DNA of 64,000 nucleotides from Octopus vulgaris (taxonomy: Eukaryota), in contig OX597817.1 in NCBI GenBank assembly GCA_951406725.2, positions 23,498,001-23,562,000 on the forward strand. The letters run 5' to 3'. Shown piece by piece: positions 40,626 to 53,740 of the stretch (position 1 is the first letter of the stretch; each line of letters opens with the position of its first letter). The translations under genes were made by a program, and so were the position numbers. Below the pieces are notes generated by a model. That model was given only the letters and a program-made list of their open reading frames with translations. It made no database searches and was not told the DNA's origin.

Positions 40626-43007
40626 TCATATTCAGTCTATAAACACTTCACCCCACCCTCATTTTTGTATCTTTTTTTTAGCTATTTTCAGTGATATATT
40701 TCACCTCTGCTCTTCCTATGTGATTATGTATATCCGCACCGAAATATATACCAGGAAAATGTCATAGATAGGTGCATACATAGCTCTGTGTGTGTGAGTG
40801 AGTGTGTTTGTGTGTGTGTGATTACGTGTTGGATCGAGTGTGATTTCATGCGGGAATTTATGCGCGGATATTTGTTCTGGAATGTAGATGTGTAAGCATG
40901 ATGATAATGATCCTGGACAGTATTCTATAGCTTCATCTACTAATCTATTTGAATATCCTTTATTAACTAATATTTATTATATTCTTACTATTTCCTTATT
41001 GAAAGCTTTGCCTAATGAAAATTGCAATGATAGTCTCAGAAGAGAATTGTCTACAGAAGGATAGTATTAATGGGAATATTCAGCTTCTCCTAACGTGTAT
41101 AAGTATTTGTCGGTGGTTTATTTTACAGGGCATTCAGAAATAGTTAAGGATTACATATTTTTTTTTTGGTTTATTTGGTTGCTATAAAGTGCTTTTCATT
41201 GCAGTGTGAATAGAAATACTTATTTTAAAATTACGTCGCTCTTCACTTTTAAGCAGAATACATAATAGCAATATGTGGAAGATAAATATTCATAATAACA
41301 AACTAAAAATGTTGCTTACCGATGAAATTCCATTCCCTAACTTCTCAGAGCTGATCAAATTACTCTCCTCACTTTCGGTTCAAACTTCTTCCCGTAAGGA
41401 ATATATGAACAGCGCAAAATGTCGAACTCGAATTGCTTTCTAAGTCTCTTGAGACTGATAGTAATGAAACTATTTTTTTGTAAAAACACCGATGATTAAT
41501 TGCATGACTTATTCAGGTGTAAAGGCCATGAACAGCGAAATAAACAAAACAACTCAAAAACGTACCTCGCAGGAAACTTAAATAACGCTAAATTGTCATT
41601 TACAAAAGTGGTAAGTTTATCATATTTTCTATTTTAAACCAAGTTTAATACATTGCAAAAATCAGCAATATATATTATGATAAATTCAAATTCAGAAAAA
41701 CGAAAAGTAAACAACCTTGCGTAACTAAAAATATAACTCAGAAAATTAATCATCGGTGTAAACACTCACCTAGAGATTTATTTATTTCAGTTCGTAACTG
41801 GATAGTTAAAGTACAATCTTATAACACCGTAAGGATTCACACACACAAAATATAATTTCTTGCTATCGATAATGCCATATATTTCCTACACAGCCGTTGA
41901 ACAAGTAGAGAGCACCAGAAATTATTATATATCAGTGATGAAGTATAACTATCCGATAAAGTACAAAAAATTGTACAGAAAACATATTTCTGCTATAGAT
42001 GTTGAACATCTTTTTACTGATCCATAGACAACGGATAAGGAGAATTATGACAGGAAAACACCTAATTTGACAAGAACCACACTCTATTTTGGTCCCAAAT
42101 AACCGAGCTTTCGTTCATAGTTCAAAAGAAATGCAAAGTTACCAGTGGAAGAAAATAGTTACAGGACTCCCATCCGGGCCTACATTTGTAGCGTTCCATA
42201 TGGATTCAGAGACAATTCAACCAAAAATATCACATTTTCGTAAATAAAGAGGAATGTCTATGGTGTTTGTTACTCTTCAGATCCCACATTGAGATTCACG
42301 TATATTAACATGATTTTTAACTCCTGTCTATCGGGAATCTCTTTTATTAATGGGTTTTCGACTGTAACAAGTAGACGATTCCTTAGGTAATGCACACAAA
42401 GACATTCACACATTCCTTATCTATACACTCAAAAAGTACATTAAATATACAACTTAACTGTACCAGGTAAATGGGTAGGTCAGGAAATCGAACCCATTCA
42501 CAAAACTCTACAAACAACATACTAATCGTCAGAGGATATATGACAACAGCATCATGCAAACTCTCATCAACACAATACTACATAACTATAAGTCAGAATT
42601 TATTGCAACCAATCTTATATATGTTGCAATATAGATATAAACTTTATAAGCTTCATATCACGGTGTTATATCGCAGACACACACATATGTACGACACATT
42701 CCCAGCAGTTAAACATGAATTTACCAAAGGGAGGATTTATAGCACGTTGGAACAAAATATACATAGAAAGACGGTAGTCGAGAGCTTATCTATGTTGAAT
42801 AATTAAGCATACATGAAATAATTAATAATTAATTCAAACAGAAATACAGATTTAGTACTCGTGTAGAAGTTAACAGGTAAAAAATTCAGGTGCAGCTTTG
42901 AAGGATTTACTAGGTCCGTTAGTATTTCTATGGCTGAGAATTATCCAAAACTAAATAATTTAAAGAGATGATTATTCGATACACAGAAGCCTAATAATAA
43001 AATCTGC

Positions 43008-43152
43008 AATACTTGGGTGTGCTAAGAGGGTTACTTCTCTGTTGTATGGTTCCAGGTTAAGTCCCACTGTGTGGCACGCTGGGCAAGTGTTTTCTACTAT
43101 AGGCCGGGGCCAACTTAATTCTCGTGTGTGGATTTGAAAACAGAAAGAAGCT
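43008..43152 (+). mobile_element. Degenerate 5' half of SINE family A
   Basis: ATGGTTCCAGGTTAAGTCCCACTGTGTGGCACGCTGGGCAAGTGT matches family A. Confidence 0.7.
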
Positions 43153-43236
43153 TTGACTACCTCCTTTTTCTTAATATATAATATCTGTATATCACTTGAA
43201 ATATTCTCTTTCTCTATCTCTGTCTCTGTCTGTCTG

Positions 43237-43319
<83 letters not shown>

Positions 43320-43919
43320 AAATATTGTGTGTGTGTGTACAGCGATGTATAGGGCTACTAATGAATGAGGCATAACTGCACGTAGATTATCGTTATTTAG
43401 CTTCCAGTATAGTGGTTAGTCGAACATTATATATATATCAGTGCTGCTAATTAGGATATACATAGCATATCTTCTGGAGATTAAGATAAACACAAATATA
43501 ACTGTTAAGTACCTACGTACGCTTCACCATTTCATTTATTTGGATCTCAGCATTGAATGTTCTAAGTGCAGAGGTCAAATATAAAAATAAAATATTTTCC
43601 TGATTATCCACTGAATTTAAGGGTCCAAATACGCTGAGTTGCAATAACTGGAATGGGAAAACGTACGTAGGAAATATATACTTATATATGAATGTGTGAG
43701 TGTGCGCGTACTTATGATTTAGTTTGTTCCCATCACCTCATGTGACTCAGTATTGTTTTATATACGCCTCAAAGGCTTAATAGAAACCAGTAGAACAACT
43801 ACTCATGATTGAAAAAGAATATAAGTACTGAGATTGATTTATTTGAGTAAACCTTTCAAGGGGATACCCCAGTGTAGCCTCAGCCTGAATGAATCAAATA
43901 ACTGATAAATATTAACAAG

Positions 43920-44210
43920 TTCAGACAAAGTTTGGACTTTATTATAACTTTTTTTAAACAGCTCTATACACAAACACACACACACATACACGAACGCGTA
44001 CATACACACATACACATATATTTATGTGTGTACGTATGTGTATGCTTGTAAATAAATGATAAATAATAATAAAAAATTCAGACAAAGTTTGGTCTTTACT
44101 ATAACCATTTTTTAAAAATCCTTCCATACGCAAACACACATACACACGCACATGCACGAACGCGCACATACACACATACACATATATTTATGTGTGCATG
44201 TATGTATATG
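43920..44210. repeat. Diverged ~157-bp direct tandem duplication
   Basis: TTCAGACAAAGTTTGG(A/T)CTTTA(T/C)TATAAC at 43920 and 44077, each followed by a CA-rich tract. Confidence 0.8.
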
Positions 44211-47200
44211 TTAGTAACTATCATACTAGATCACACGTTCTCTGACAAAAAAGTAAATATCCCTGTTACTCTATGCAATGTCTCACGGAGAAAATTTTGA
44301 TTATTAGAGCAATACATAACAACACACAGTACAACCACATCAGCCACATGTAAATAAGCTTTCAGAAATTACTGCAACAATAGTAACAAAAGCAATAACA
44401 TTGTAACATGAATCACTACAAAGCAAAGCGAATATTTTTCTCGATTTAGATCTTTTTTTTACAAATAAAATTTTAATTGAAATACCTTATTTCAATCTAA
44501 AGAAACTTCCATTTGAATATGTATACACACACACAAACACCTATGTATATGTATGTATGTGTGTGTGTGTGGTCATGTGTTCAAGCAGACACACTGTTAC
44601 CAATGTTTAATCGAATCTTTATTCATTTACACTTCACTAGTTCAATTGAAAATTGAAAATTAACAAACACTTGGATGTGCAACCTGCTTATCACTAAAAT
44701 GCGAGCAAAATTAAATGACCCACCGATGTAGAATATTATATACTGAACTGTAGAGAGAAAACATACGAAAAAAACTGAAATGTATGACTCCACATTAGCT
44801 AAAATTATTATATCAGTTTTGCATGAAATAGATAAAAATTGAAAATAAAATAATTTATTTTCAGTAAGAAAAATTCAACCAGTGTAACGTTCCATAACCC
44901 TTTTTTTTTCCAATATAATAAACATCTGCTTTCATTAGACAATGGGTAGTTCTCTTAATACTGATATATATAGAGAGAGTATAGTTTGAAATTATAGAAT
45001 GGATTGTATAGTCAAAATTTCGCTGTCAGCGATACCAGGTAAAGCAAAATTTTCTACAAAGATTGTAAAAATTTTATCATTGTATTTTCATTTACTTTCA
45101 TATTATTTGTATTTGAATAAAATTAATACGCTGCTTTAGACTACGACTGAAAACGTGAGGCTCCATAAAGCTGACACATAGGGAGACAAACCAAGAAATT
45201 TGAAACATATCAGAATGCAACTTCCGTCAAAATGGCGTCCTATCAAAAAATGTAAGGCAGAAATGCTAATAAAAAAAATGGCAAATAAGATCGCGTTTCC
45301 TGTTTGCATGATATTTACATTTTTGAATGTATTTAATCTTTAGGGTGTTTTGAATATTTGAAAGAAATTTTGTTTTTCTCATTATTCTCAGTTCGTGCCA
45401 TTCTCTGTGTGGTTTGGTTAGTTCGACACAGACACAATTCTTTCGGAATATAATGAGTCAAGGCTTTAATTCAATTCTTTTCATAACAAATATTAACGCG
45501 AATCAGTATTTTTTAATCTAAAACTGCGATAATAAACTTATTTTACTGATTACTTAAAATCCACTAAACTAAACTAACAGCAGTGAAGTAACAAAGTCTT
45601 TAACACATGCGTAAATAATCTAAATGCGATATTTTCTTCCAAGTAGAATCTATAAAATAATGACAGTGTCGTCCGTTTTCTATTAGTGTAGGATTTTTTC
45701 TCTTAATGTGTATATGTTTTACAATTATTTATTCTCGGTATATACTCCATATACTATTTTTTTTTACTTAGCTTGAAGCTAAATACGTATAGTTACACCT
45801 CCACAATGTAGAGAGTCTTTACATTTTTATATCATTGATAATATTAACAGATTTCATGACTAATATTAATTCTAAGAATTATAAAAAGAAAAGAAATTTT
45901 AATCTAATTGTTTCGTTTTAATGAAACGGGTACACGCTTTTCTGTACAAAAACTTTGCATTTTTCAAATTTATCCTATTAGGCTTTGAGCAGTGCGAGGA
46001 TTACGGGAGAAGACTATTTACCCACGATGCCTTACGAAGCCCAAAACGAATATCTTAGCAACATTGTTATATCTGTGTGTGTTCAACCTTCATCAAATTT
46101 GTATAGTACGTAGAAGAGTTATATATATACGAAAGAAATGATAAAGCCTTACTATTTACAGATTTTCACATATATCAGCCCCAGCTCTAGAATAATCTTA
46201 CAAGCGTTCGATTCTTCAAACTATTGCAGTGATTTCTTATATTTCTTAGTTTAGTTCAGTTAATCCTATTTCCCGGCTTCTTTCCATCTATATTTTTACA
46301 TGAAATTGGTTGTTATATTGTCCGTCATGAGACGTATTTCTCGTTCGCTTAACACTTTTACGCGTGAGCAAAATCCTAAACAAGTTTATTGCGGTTAACA
46401 ATGTACTTTCAAAGAGCATTGCATAAATCTAACATCAATGAAAAATATTACGTCCTAAATGCTATACAGATTATTGGACAAATATTTCGTTGCTGAAAAT
46501 ATTAAATAGTTTATTAAATCATGTATTTAGGCCAGCGGTTTATTGCTAATGTCATCTCAACTGCTTTCAAAGTTTCAATATTCAACGTATATATTGCTTA
46601 AGTACTGAATTATAGATGATGACAGATATATTTGTAACTTCGATATTCACATTATAGCCGAGCAGACACAACACAGAGAAAGTATGTTGCAATTTCTACG
46701 TAGACGTATCTTATACTCGTCTTTCAAATGCGATAATTAAATTCATTGAATTAAGCCTAATTACTACTTAAATGTCGATAATGATTTTAATTCCCCTCAG
46801 TAGATGCTGATTTGTCTGATTGGGCAAGACATTAATCTGCAATAAAATAAATTTCATATCTTGTTTAAGAAATCTTTATTGGACTAATATAATCAGAGTC
46901 TACAGAAAATATCAATATGCTCTTGATCTCTAGAAGGTACTAAATAGAGCACACATATCAAAGTATGGAGATAGCTGAAGTACAAAACTTCTGGGAATGC
47001 ATGCATTTACTATCAAAATAGAATATAGAATTAGCGAAGAATTGCCTGAGTATCGTATCTTGTAAGAGCCTGGGTAATAATGTAACATTCTTAAATACTA
47101 TAAATATTTCCAGTTTCGCAATGGACAAAGGAAGGAAAATATGTAAATGTTGTGACGAATAGTAAATTGGCGAAAGAACAAACGAAAACCTTCTAGAAGG

Positions 47201-48326
47201 TTATGAAGTGCCGTTTGATTATGAAGAATCCCTTGTATTCGATCCCACTTAGCGGCACCTTGGGTAAGTGATTTTGTCACACCTTCAGGTGGAAACATTT
47301 TATGGCATCCGATCTCTAGAATTTGGATCAGTATTCTGCACTGAGGATAACTTTGTTCTTTGGTGCATGGACTACATAGTAAATAAGCCATGTTTTGGGG
47401 TTTTTTTTTTCTCTTTTGTCATCAGTGACGGAGACCCCGACAGATCGTCAAGTATTCACTTTGCTCGTTTGGCTAACTTACAACAAAAAGAAATAATACT
47501 TTGAAAGCGGTTTAAAAAGACTTCTGATAATATATCTAATGTTGTGAATAAATAAGATGGTTTATTTAACATCTAATATCTCAAAGCGGGAAGTGAGTGA
47601 AAAGTCCTTTAAAATCTTCGTCTGACTGTGATGCAGCTGGTATCGCATCAGTGAATGATTTTTCTTAGCTTGTCAGCACTGACTGATTCCCAGAGTTTTA
47701 TACGCCAGAGAAGGAAGACGATAACCTGATTTGTGTTTCGGGTCAGAGATATATAGATAGTTCTGTGAAAGGCAGAAAGAGAGACATATACTTTAGCTTC
47801 ACTTGAGTTTAGAGAGTACACTGACTGCAATTTCAGCGGCGCGTGAGCCGTTATATTTCAATGAATAGAGAAAACTAGTCTGTCATTATTTGCGATAAAT
47901 GTTTGTGTTTTGTTGATGAGGCTTTACTAATCAACCAGAATATAATATTTCATGGAATCGGCTTAGGATATCTCTTTGTTAACATAATTATATAAGTGAG
48001 AAGCCTTATGCAGGCTTAATCTAAAACTTTTAGCTTATTTTCTGTTCTTTAGAAGTGAAATTAAAATGAGATCCTGAAAATTTGTTCACAATTTCTTGTA
48101 CAATGATATAAATGCAATAAAGTATCAACTATTAGTTTTCCATTTTGGATGCCAATATGTCGTTACTGTTGAAGATTTTCGAGGCAAACCATTCAGAGAA
48201 CTTAGGGTAAACGTCACTATTCATCCTCCAAACGAGAAAAGTTATATTGATTCTACCAATTGGAGCAATTTTGACAGTAAGGTGTTGTTCATGCTAAAAG
48301 AAGGTTTGATGTTATGAGTCATTGCT

Positions 48327-48423
<97 letters not shown>

Positions 48424-49566
48424 ATGTATGTATATATATATATATATATATATAAAACCCAGTAAAAAGCTGTAAATGACGCCATGTAACTAGGTTCTGT
48501 GCAAGTGTGACACATAAGTGCAGGCGGCATGGCAGGTTGTGTATCTTAGATTCCATGTTATCGTGTAGTAACTATAATGTACTGCAAGAAAAGGTCTAAA
48601 AAAGAAGAATGGGAAGAATGTCTCTGGCATCATTTCATGTAAGTTATTTAAAGTGGGGTAGAAACGATACCACAAACTTTGCTGTGCTAAAATAAAGCAC
48701 TATCTTATTATAATATTAGTTTCACTGATGCAGTGACGATTTTTTTAAGGGCACCTTAATAATATAGTAAAACAAAGTATTCAATACAAATCAATGTTGT
48801 ATTAAATCACATAGCGGTCACTGAAATGTCAATTAAAAAGCTAGAAAAACATTATATACTACAATCAGCCAAAAATTCAGAGGAAGAATACATTTCAAAA
48901 ACACAAGAATAGAAAACGTCTTCTTCAATACAAAACCACAGGTCTGTAAGCCAGGAGAACATGTGCTACGAATTTGTATAGAGCATATGCTATACAAATG
49001 CGCTATAAAAATTTCAAAGTAAGCAGACATTTTCTGTCCACAAAATAATTATTGTTAACAATGAGTCATTGTATCATATTACAATACAGAACACAAACAA
49101 AACTACTTGGAAAAATATTAGTTCATAATACAACTATCATGTGTAGAATTCCACAGCATGTTAGAAAATTAACAGAAGTTTTATTAATAGCATCATACAA
49201 AGCAAAAATTAAGACACAGATATTGCACACTAGACATAATCTATGAACATTTATTGATTGATCAAAGTAAGTTGAAAGCTAGCGGTCAAAATTTTAAATC
49301 TGGTGATAATCAAAGTTATAGTAATGACACTATTTCCCTCATTCCAGCTACTTAGTGGTAATATCAAACGTCCCCAGCAATTCATTCTAAATTAAACAAA
49401 GGATTAGAAGATAATGCAGAAAATATTTGATAGAAGTGTTCAAATTTAAACTCGCATATTTTCAAGATGTACATATCTATTTGTGTGCGCAAGCACTCTG
49501 ATACACAGACACACGCTCTCCCTCTCGCTCTCCCTCTTTATCGCTCCGTCTCTATTTTTCTCTCTC

Positions 49567-49598
<32 letters not shown>

Positions 49599-49870
49599 TC
49601 ATGCATAGCCGGATCGATACACAGAAAGATAAGCATAAAAGAACACAATGAAAAAAATAGGCACGGATGCAAGGTTAAGCTTATTGTATTAGTTTCCTGT
49701 TCAGGAAAATATAAAGTCCTCTAATGGTTGAGATGTAAATATTTTGTTGGTAAGAGAGAACGTGTTAAAAGGTGAAAAAAATACAAAATTAAAATCGAAA
49801 GAAAATTGTAACTTCTGCATTAGCTATATATATATATATATACTTTATTTTAAGCAGCAGAAAATTCAAC

Positions 49871-49918
49871 AAAATCTGTTACTCTGAGTTTCTCGTTGCC
49901 GTTCATCAGACAGTTTTT
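49871..49918 (-). ncRNA. Minimal type I hammerhead ribozyme
   Basis: aaaa.a.ctgt-CTGATGA-a CG gcaa CG a-GAA-ACTC a GAGT-A-acag.a.tttt; GNRA loop in stem II, GUA site. Confidence 0.75.
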
Positions 49919-49953
49919 GCTAGAATGGAACTTAGAGCATTTATAGATAGAAG

Positions 49954-50005
49954 GTCTTACAGCTGTTTCTAGGTTATTTATTAATTATATCTCTTCATCG
50001 GAGAC
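49954..50005 (-). ncRNA. Minimal type I hammerhead ribozyme with one core substitution
   Basis: gtct-CCGATGA-agagatata...taaccta-GAA-ACAGCTGT-A-agac; palindromic stem III, U4->C. Confidence 0.65.
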
Positions 50006-50353
50006 GGTGTGAGAGGATAGTTAAGTCATAGTTAGTTTTGATGTGATACAAAATGGGGAGTCAGGTGGAGAATAAAAACATGCAAGATATGTATATATAT
50101 ATATATATTTATGAATAATGTTGAAGCGCTTGCACACAAACCCACTTCAACCAATGTATACAAGCGCACGCATATATAGTACTAAAACCCCAAATTGATC
50201 AAATGAATTGACTATCAATACTCTGTCTAAGTAACTATTTCTGTGTTAAGTCAAACTTATTTTCCTGTTGTTAACTTGCACTTACCTTTAATATCTATAT
50301 TTAGCCATTGCATATTGCTTGAATTTTTTTATTCTCGATAATAATTCGTTATT

Positions 50354-50658
50354 TGTGGAGGTACATGGCCTAGTGGTAAGAGCAGCGGACTCGCGGTCGA
50401 GGGATAGCGGGTTCGAATCACAGAACGGGTGATGTGTGTGTTTATGAGCGAAGCACCTAGGCTCCACGCGGCTTCGGCAGAAGGTAATGGCGAACTTCTG
50501 CTGAGTCTTTCGCCACAACTTTATCTCACTCTTTCCTCCTGCATCTTGCAGCTCACCTGTGATGGACCGGCGTCCCATCCAGGTGAGGAACCTATACGCC
50601 AAGGAAACCGAGAAACGGGCCCTTATGAGCCAAGCATGGCCCGAGAAGGAACAAACAA
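50354..50658 (+). mobile_element. tRNA-derived SINE family C (tRNA-Arg-like head, Meta-domain-like)
   Basis: A box TGGCCTAGTGG, GACTCGCG anticodon-like region, B box GGTTCGAATC, CCTGTGATGGACCGGCGTCCCATCCAGG motif. Confidence 0.82.
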
Positions 50659-51087
50659 TTCGTTACTTGCACGATGAACAGCAAGGATCGAAACGAGGAT
50701 TTCCATATTTATTCATAATACGTTCCGACAAAATCACATACAAATCTGCTAATTGATGCTGTGCTTCCCACAAGAGAATAGCTCCTCCTTTACGAGGACT
50801 GTGTGTTTCTAACACACACGGTTCATTACTGCGAGGGATTCTGGATAGCTGTGTTTCGACATATACTCTCTCATCAATCAGAACTCTTTCGAATAATGAA
50901 TGTAACAAGAGTCAATAACCTTGTTTATAATTTCAGCGAAAAAACTGTTTACTCTTCTTTACTGATTTTGACATTTAGTGGATTATATCTAAATATTATA
51001 TATGTTTTATAAGAACATTTTGACTTAGTATTTCGTTTTTGGATTTGGTTTGCAAGATTCTTTATATGAGTTCGTGTGTTGAAGCAT

Positions 51088-51328
51088 ATTCTGTTGTGTC
51101 TGGGGAGAGTCATTTTCTTTTTGTGATTTACTATTTAACACACTCACCGGTAAAATTTCCACTTTTTTTTAATTTTTATTTTCCTGAAATTTTCTTTGCG
51201 TCTTGCGACCTTAGACGCAACGAAAATTTTAGGAAAATAAAAATAAGAAAAAAGCGGAAATTTTACCAGAGTGTGTGTTAAATAATAAGGCACAAAAAGA
51301 AAATGTCTCTCCCCAGAAACAACAGAAT
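51088..51328. mobile_element. Foldback/palindromic MITE-like element
   Basis: Arms of about 115 bp, complementary along their length (ATTCTGTTGTGTCTGGGGAGAG... / ...CTCTCCCCAGAAACAACAGAAT), centred on TTGCGTCT...AGACGCAA. Confidence 0.88.
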
Positions 51329-51414
51329 TTTGACATAACAAATCTACGTACTAATTCCATTAGTTTTAAAATGGATATTTTATGTGTCTTTCTCTTTCTA
51401 TAATTTTCTATTCG

Positions 51415-51449
<35 letters not shown>

Positions 51450-52599
51450 CTTGCTAATAATTTGCAACGAAATCTGCAAATCACAAATTTTCGTCTTTAA
51501 ATGGAAGGACCCATCACATAATAAAGCCCTATGTAGCCTTAAAACGAAGGTATGGTCACGGCCGGAAAGCATTCGAACGCACATCACCTCCATTAAATTT
51601 TACATGGTGTTAAATAAAGTAAAAACACCCAATTCGTGACTTAGCTGGTCAAAAGCTCACACCACCTACTTTACATTGATTGTTCTCTCCTTCAAGTAAT
51701 GCAATAACATTTATTGAACATATTACTATTTATGTTATGGCTATTTTTCCTCCTGTTTCTATCCCTCCCTTCACTAATATCCGACGTTTCGCTTTCTATA
51801 ATTGTATAAACTTCTCTCTGCTTCTGCCTGTCTTATGTTAGTTATCTTCCTTTTTTTCTCTCTCTCTCTTTCTCTTTCTCTCGCTATTTCTCTTTCACTG
51901 TCTTTCACCTTACTCGATCATTTCATAACATCATAATACACGAAAAAAGGAAAAACAAAAAAAAAAAGAACAAATACATGAATTATGCCCGAAACGAACT
52001 AAAAATAGTGTGGAATTCTCTTAAACTACACTTATTATTGCCACCCGAATAAAAGGGTGTTGTGAGAAAATCAAAACGCATGACCCTTGGAAACTTCAAT
52101 TCATAATTCATTTGTCATGTTGAAATGTCAGCTAACCTAAGCTAACCGATATACTTCTTCATTATATTTTTATGTTCAGTTTATATATAACTCTAGCTTT
52201 TTCACGATATTTCCTTTCTAATGATTCTTCTACCTTAGATTATTCACCAATTCTGAACAATAATAGAAAAATAATAATAATAAATCATGACTGTCTGTGA
52301 CACCACCACTAGTTTTTCGATATATTCTCTAACCATTTCATTATATTTTAATATTTCATTATATTTTACTTGTCATTTGATATTCGGTCTGAATCCTACA
52401 ACATTAGTTCGTATATCACTCGGTACGATTTATTGAGCTTCATCATCCAATGAGCTACAAGAAAATATACAATATTGTTTATAAAGAAAGCGTCATATTT
52501 TGCATTGCCTCAGATGTAATAGTGAGGATTACTAGCTCGCCGGCAAAGCCAAGGACTGTGAGTATTCCTCATCCACATTAGGTGCCGTATGCTGGATTT

Positions 52600-53000
52600 C
52601 CCATTAAAATTCCTAGATCCAAGATGAATAAGAATTTACGAATAAGTTCTAGAAATGCAAATGTTTTCCACGGTCGTCGCAAAAGGTAGTATGGTGTGAC
52701 CATACCACAAACGAGAACATGGATAAGACTGCACTAATCAACCAGTGGAGCATCATCACCATGCAAGAACGAATGATGTTCAGCTATGCAACACGTGTTT
52801 ATGAAGAGACCAGGTGAAGCCTTTTTCAAATAGAAGCCAGAGAGAAGATGCGCCATATCACTTAATACTTCGTTGATGACTGTGGAAGAAGATGACTGAC
52901 TGAAAGGGTCATGGCCTCTCTGTAGGCTCAAGACAAGTTTAGAGACTATATTGGATGATATTGTTCATCTGAATATATGAGAGAAGCGGAAGATACTAAA
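52600..53000 (+). mobile_element. Possible RTE-clade LINE 3' remnant
   Basis: VVWCDHTTNE resembles the post-RT GxxWxDxxxNE motif; otherwise heavily decayed. Confidence 0.3.
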
Positions 53001-53500
53001 CTGAAGATCTAGGGAAAATGCATTACTGTGTCTCAAGCCAAAGTGAAAAACTAGAGTCAGCAACCAATCCCCCTTTAAAGACTACACGTAAATGGAACCG
53101 CTTTAGCTGATGGAACGCCACACTGGATATGAGAATTTGAAATACACTGTTCCTAAAAGAGTGCTGAATTGCTAATAGCTTCAATGATATTGCTAATTAA
53201 TCGGATCGATTTGTGGGAGTAATAACAACACCTACAACTTGCAATGCTAGTCAGAGAGAAATGATGAGAGAAAAAAGAGGACATATAGCTCTAGTTACTG
53301 GAAAGAAAAAAGTGTTATTATTGCTGCTAAATACTCAGAGTTCATCAAACACATATTCAGTCCTTCTTACTTGTTCTTTGTTTTCAAAGCTAAGCTAAAT
53401 ATGGTAGCGAGCCAAAGAAAGCATTTTATTGACATGTATATGCTTAATTGTAGCCATACTTGGATCTCGCATGTCGCAACAAATTTTGTAAAGCGCTTCT

Positions 53501-53740
53501 CTATGTAATTGGCTCTTTCAGCATGCAACATAGAAGCTTGTATACATTGAGATGAGGGGTAGCAAATGAGTCATCTGTAAATCTCAAATTGATAATGCAC
53601 TGTACTATAATCATAAATCCATTAGACACTCGAATGATACATTTATGAAAATTAATTATTTTATCATATGAAAGATTTTGTGCGTATGTGTCGATACTTA
53701 TTTCTCCAATACTTTTATATAATCCCATTAGTGGTCTCAA
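53501..53740 (-). mobile_element. RTE-clade RT remnant
   Basis: IINLRFTDD (cf. INNLRFADD) in ORF 53501..53740. Confidence 0.5.

Larger units (their letters stand above)
49843..50086 (-). mobile_element. About 245-bp element in (TA)n carrying two hammerhead motifs
   Basis: Bounded by (TA)n on both sides; motifs at 49871-49918 and 49954-50005. Confidence 0.7.

Noticed and set aside
42228-42284. CTGAAGA-GTAA...TTAC-GAAA on the minus strand
   Set aside because: G at the cleavage position and only a 2-bp stem I; could be chance.
52995-53030. CTGAAGA-tctagg-GAAAATGCATTA
   Set aside because: No stem I and no credible stem II.
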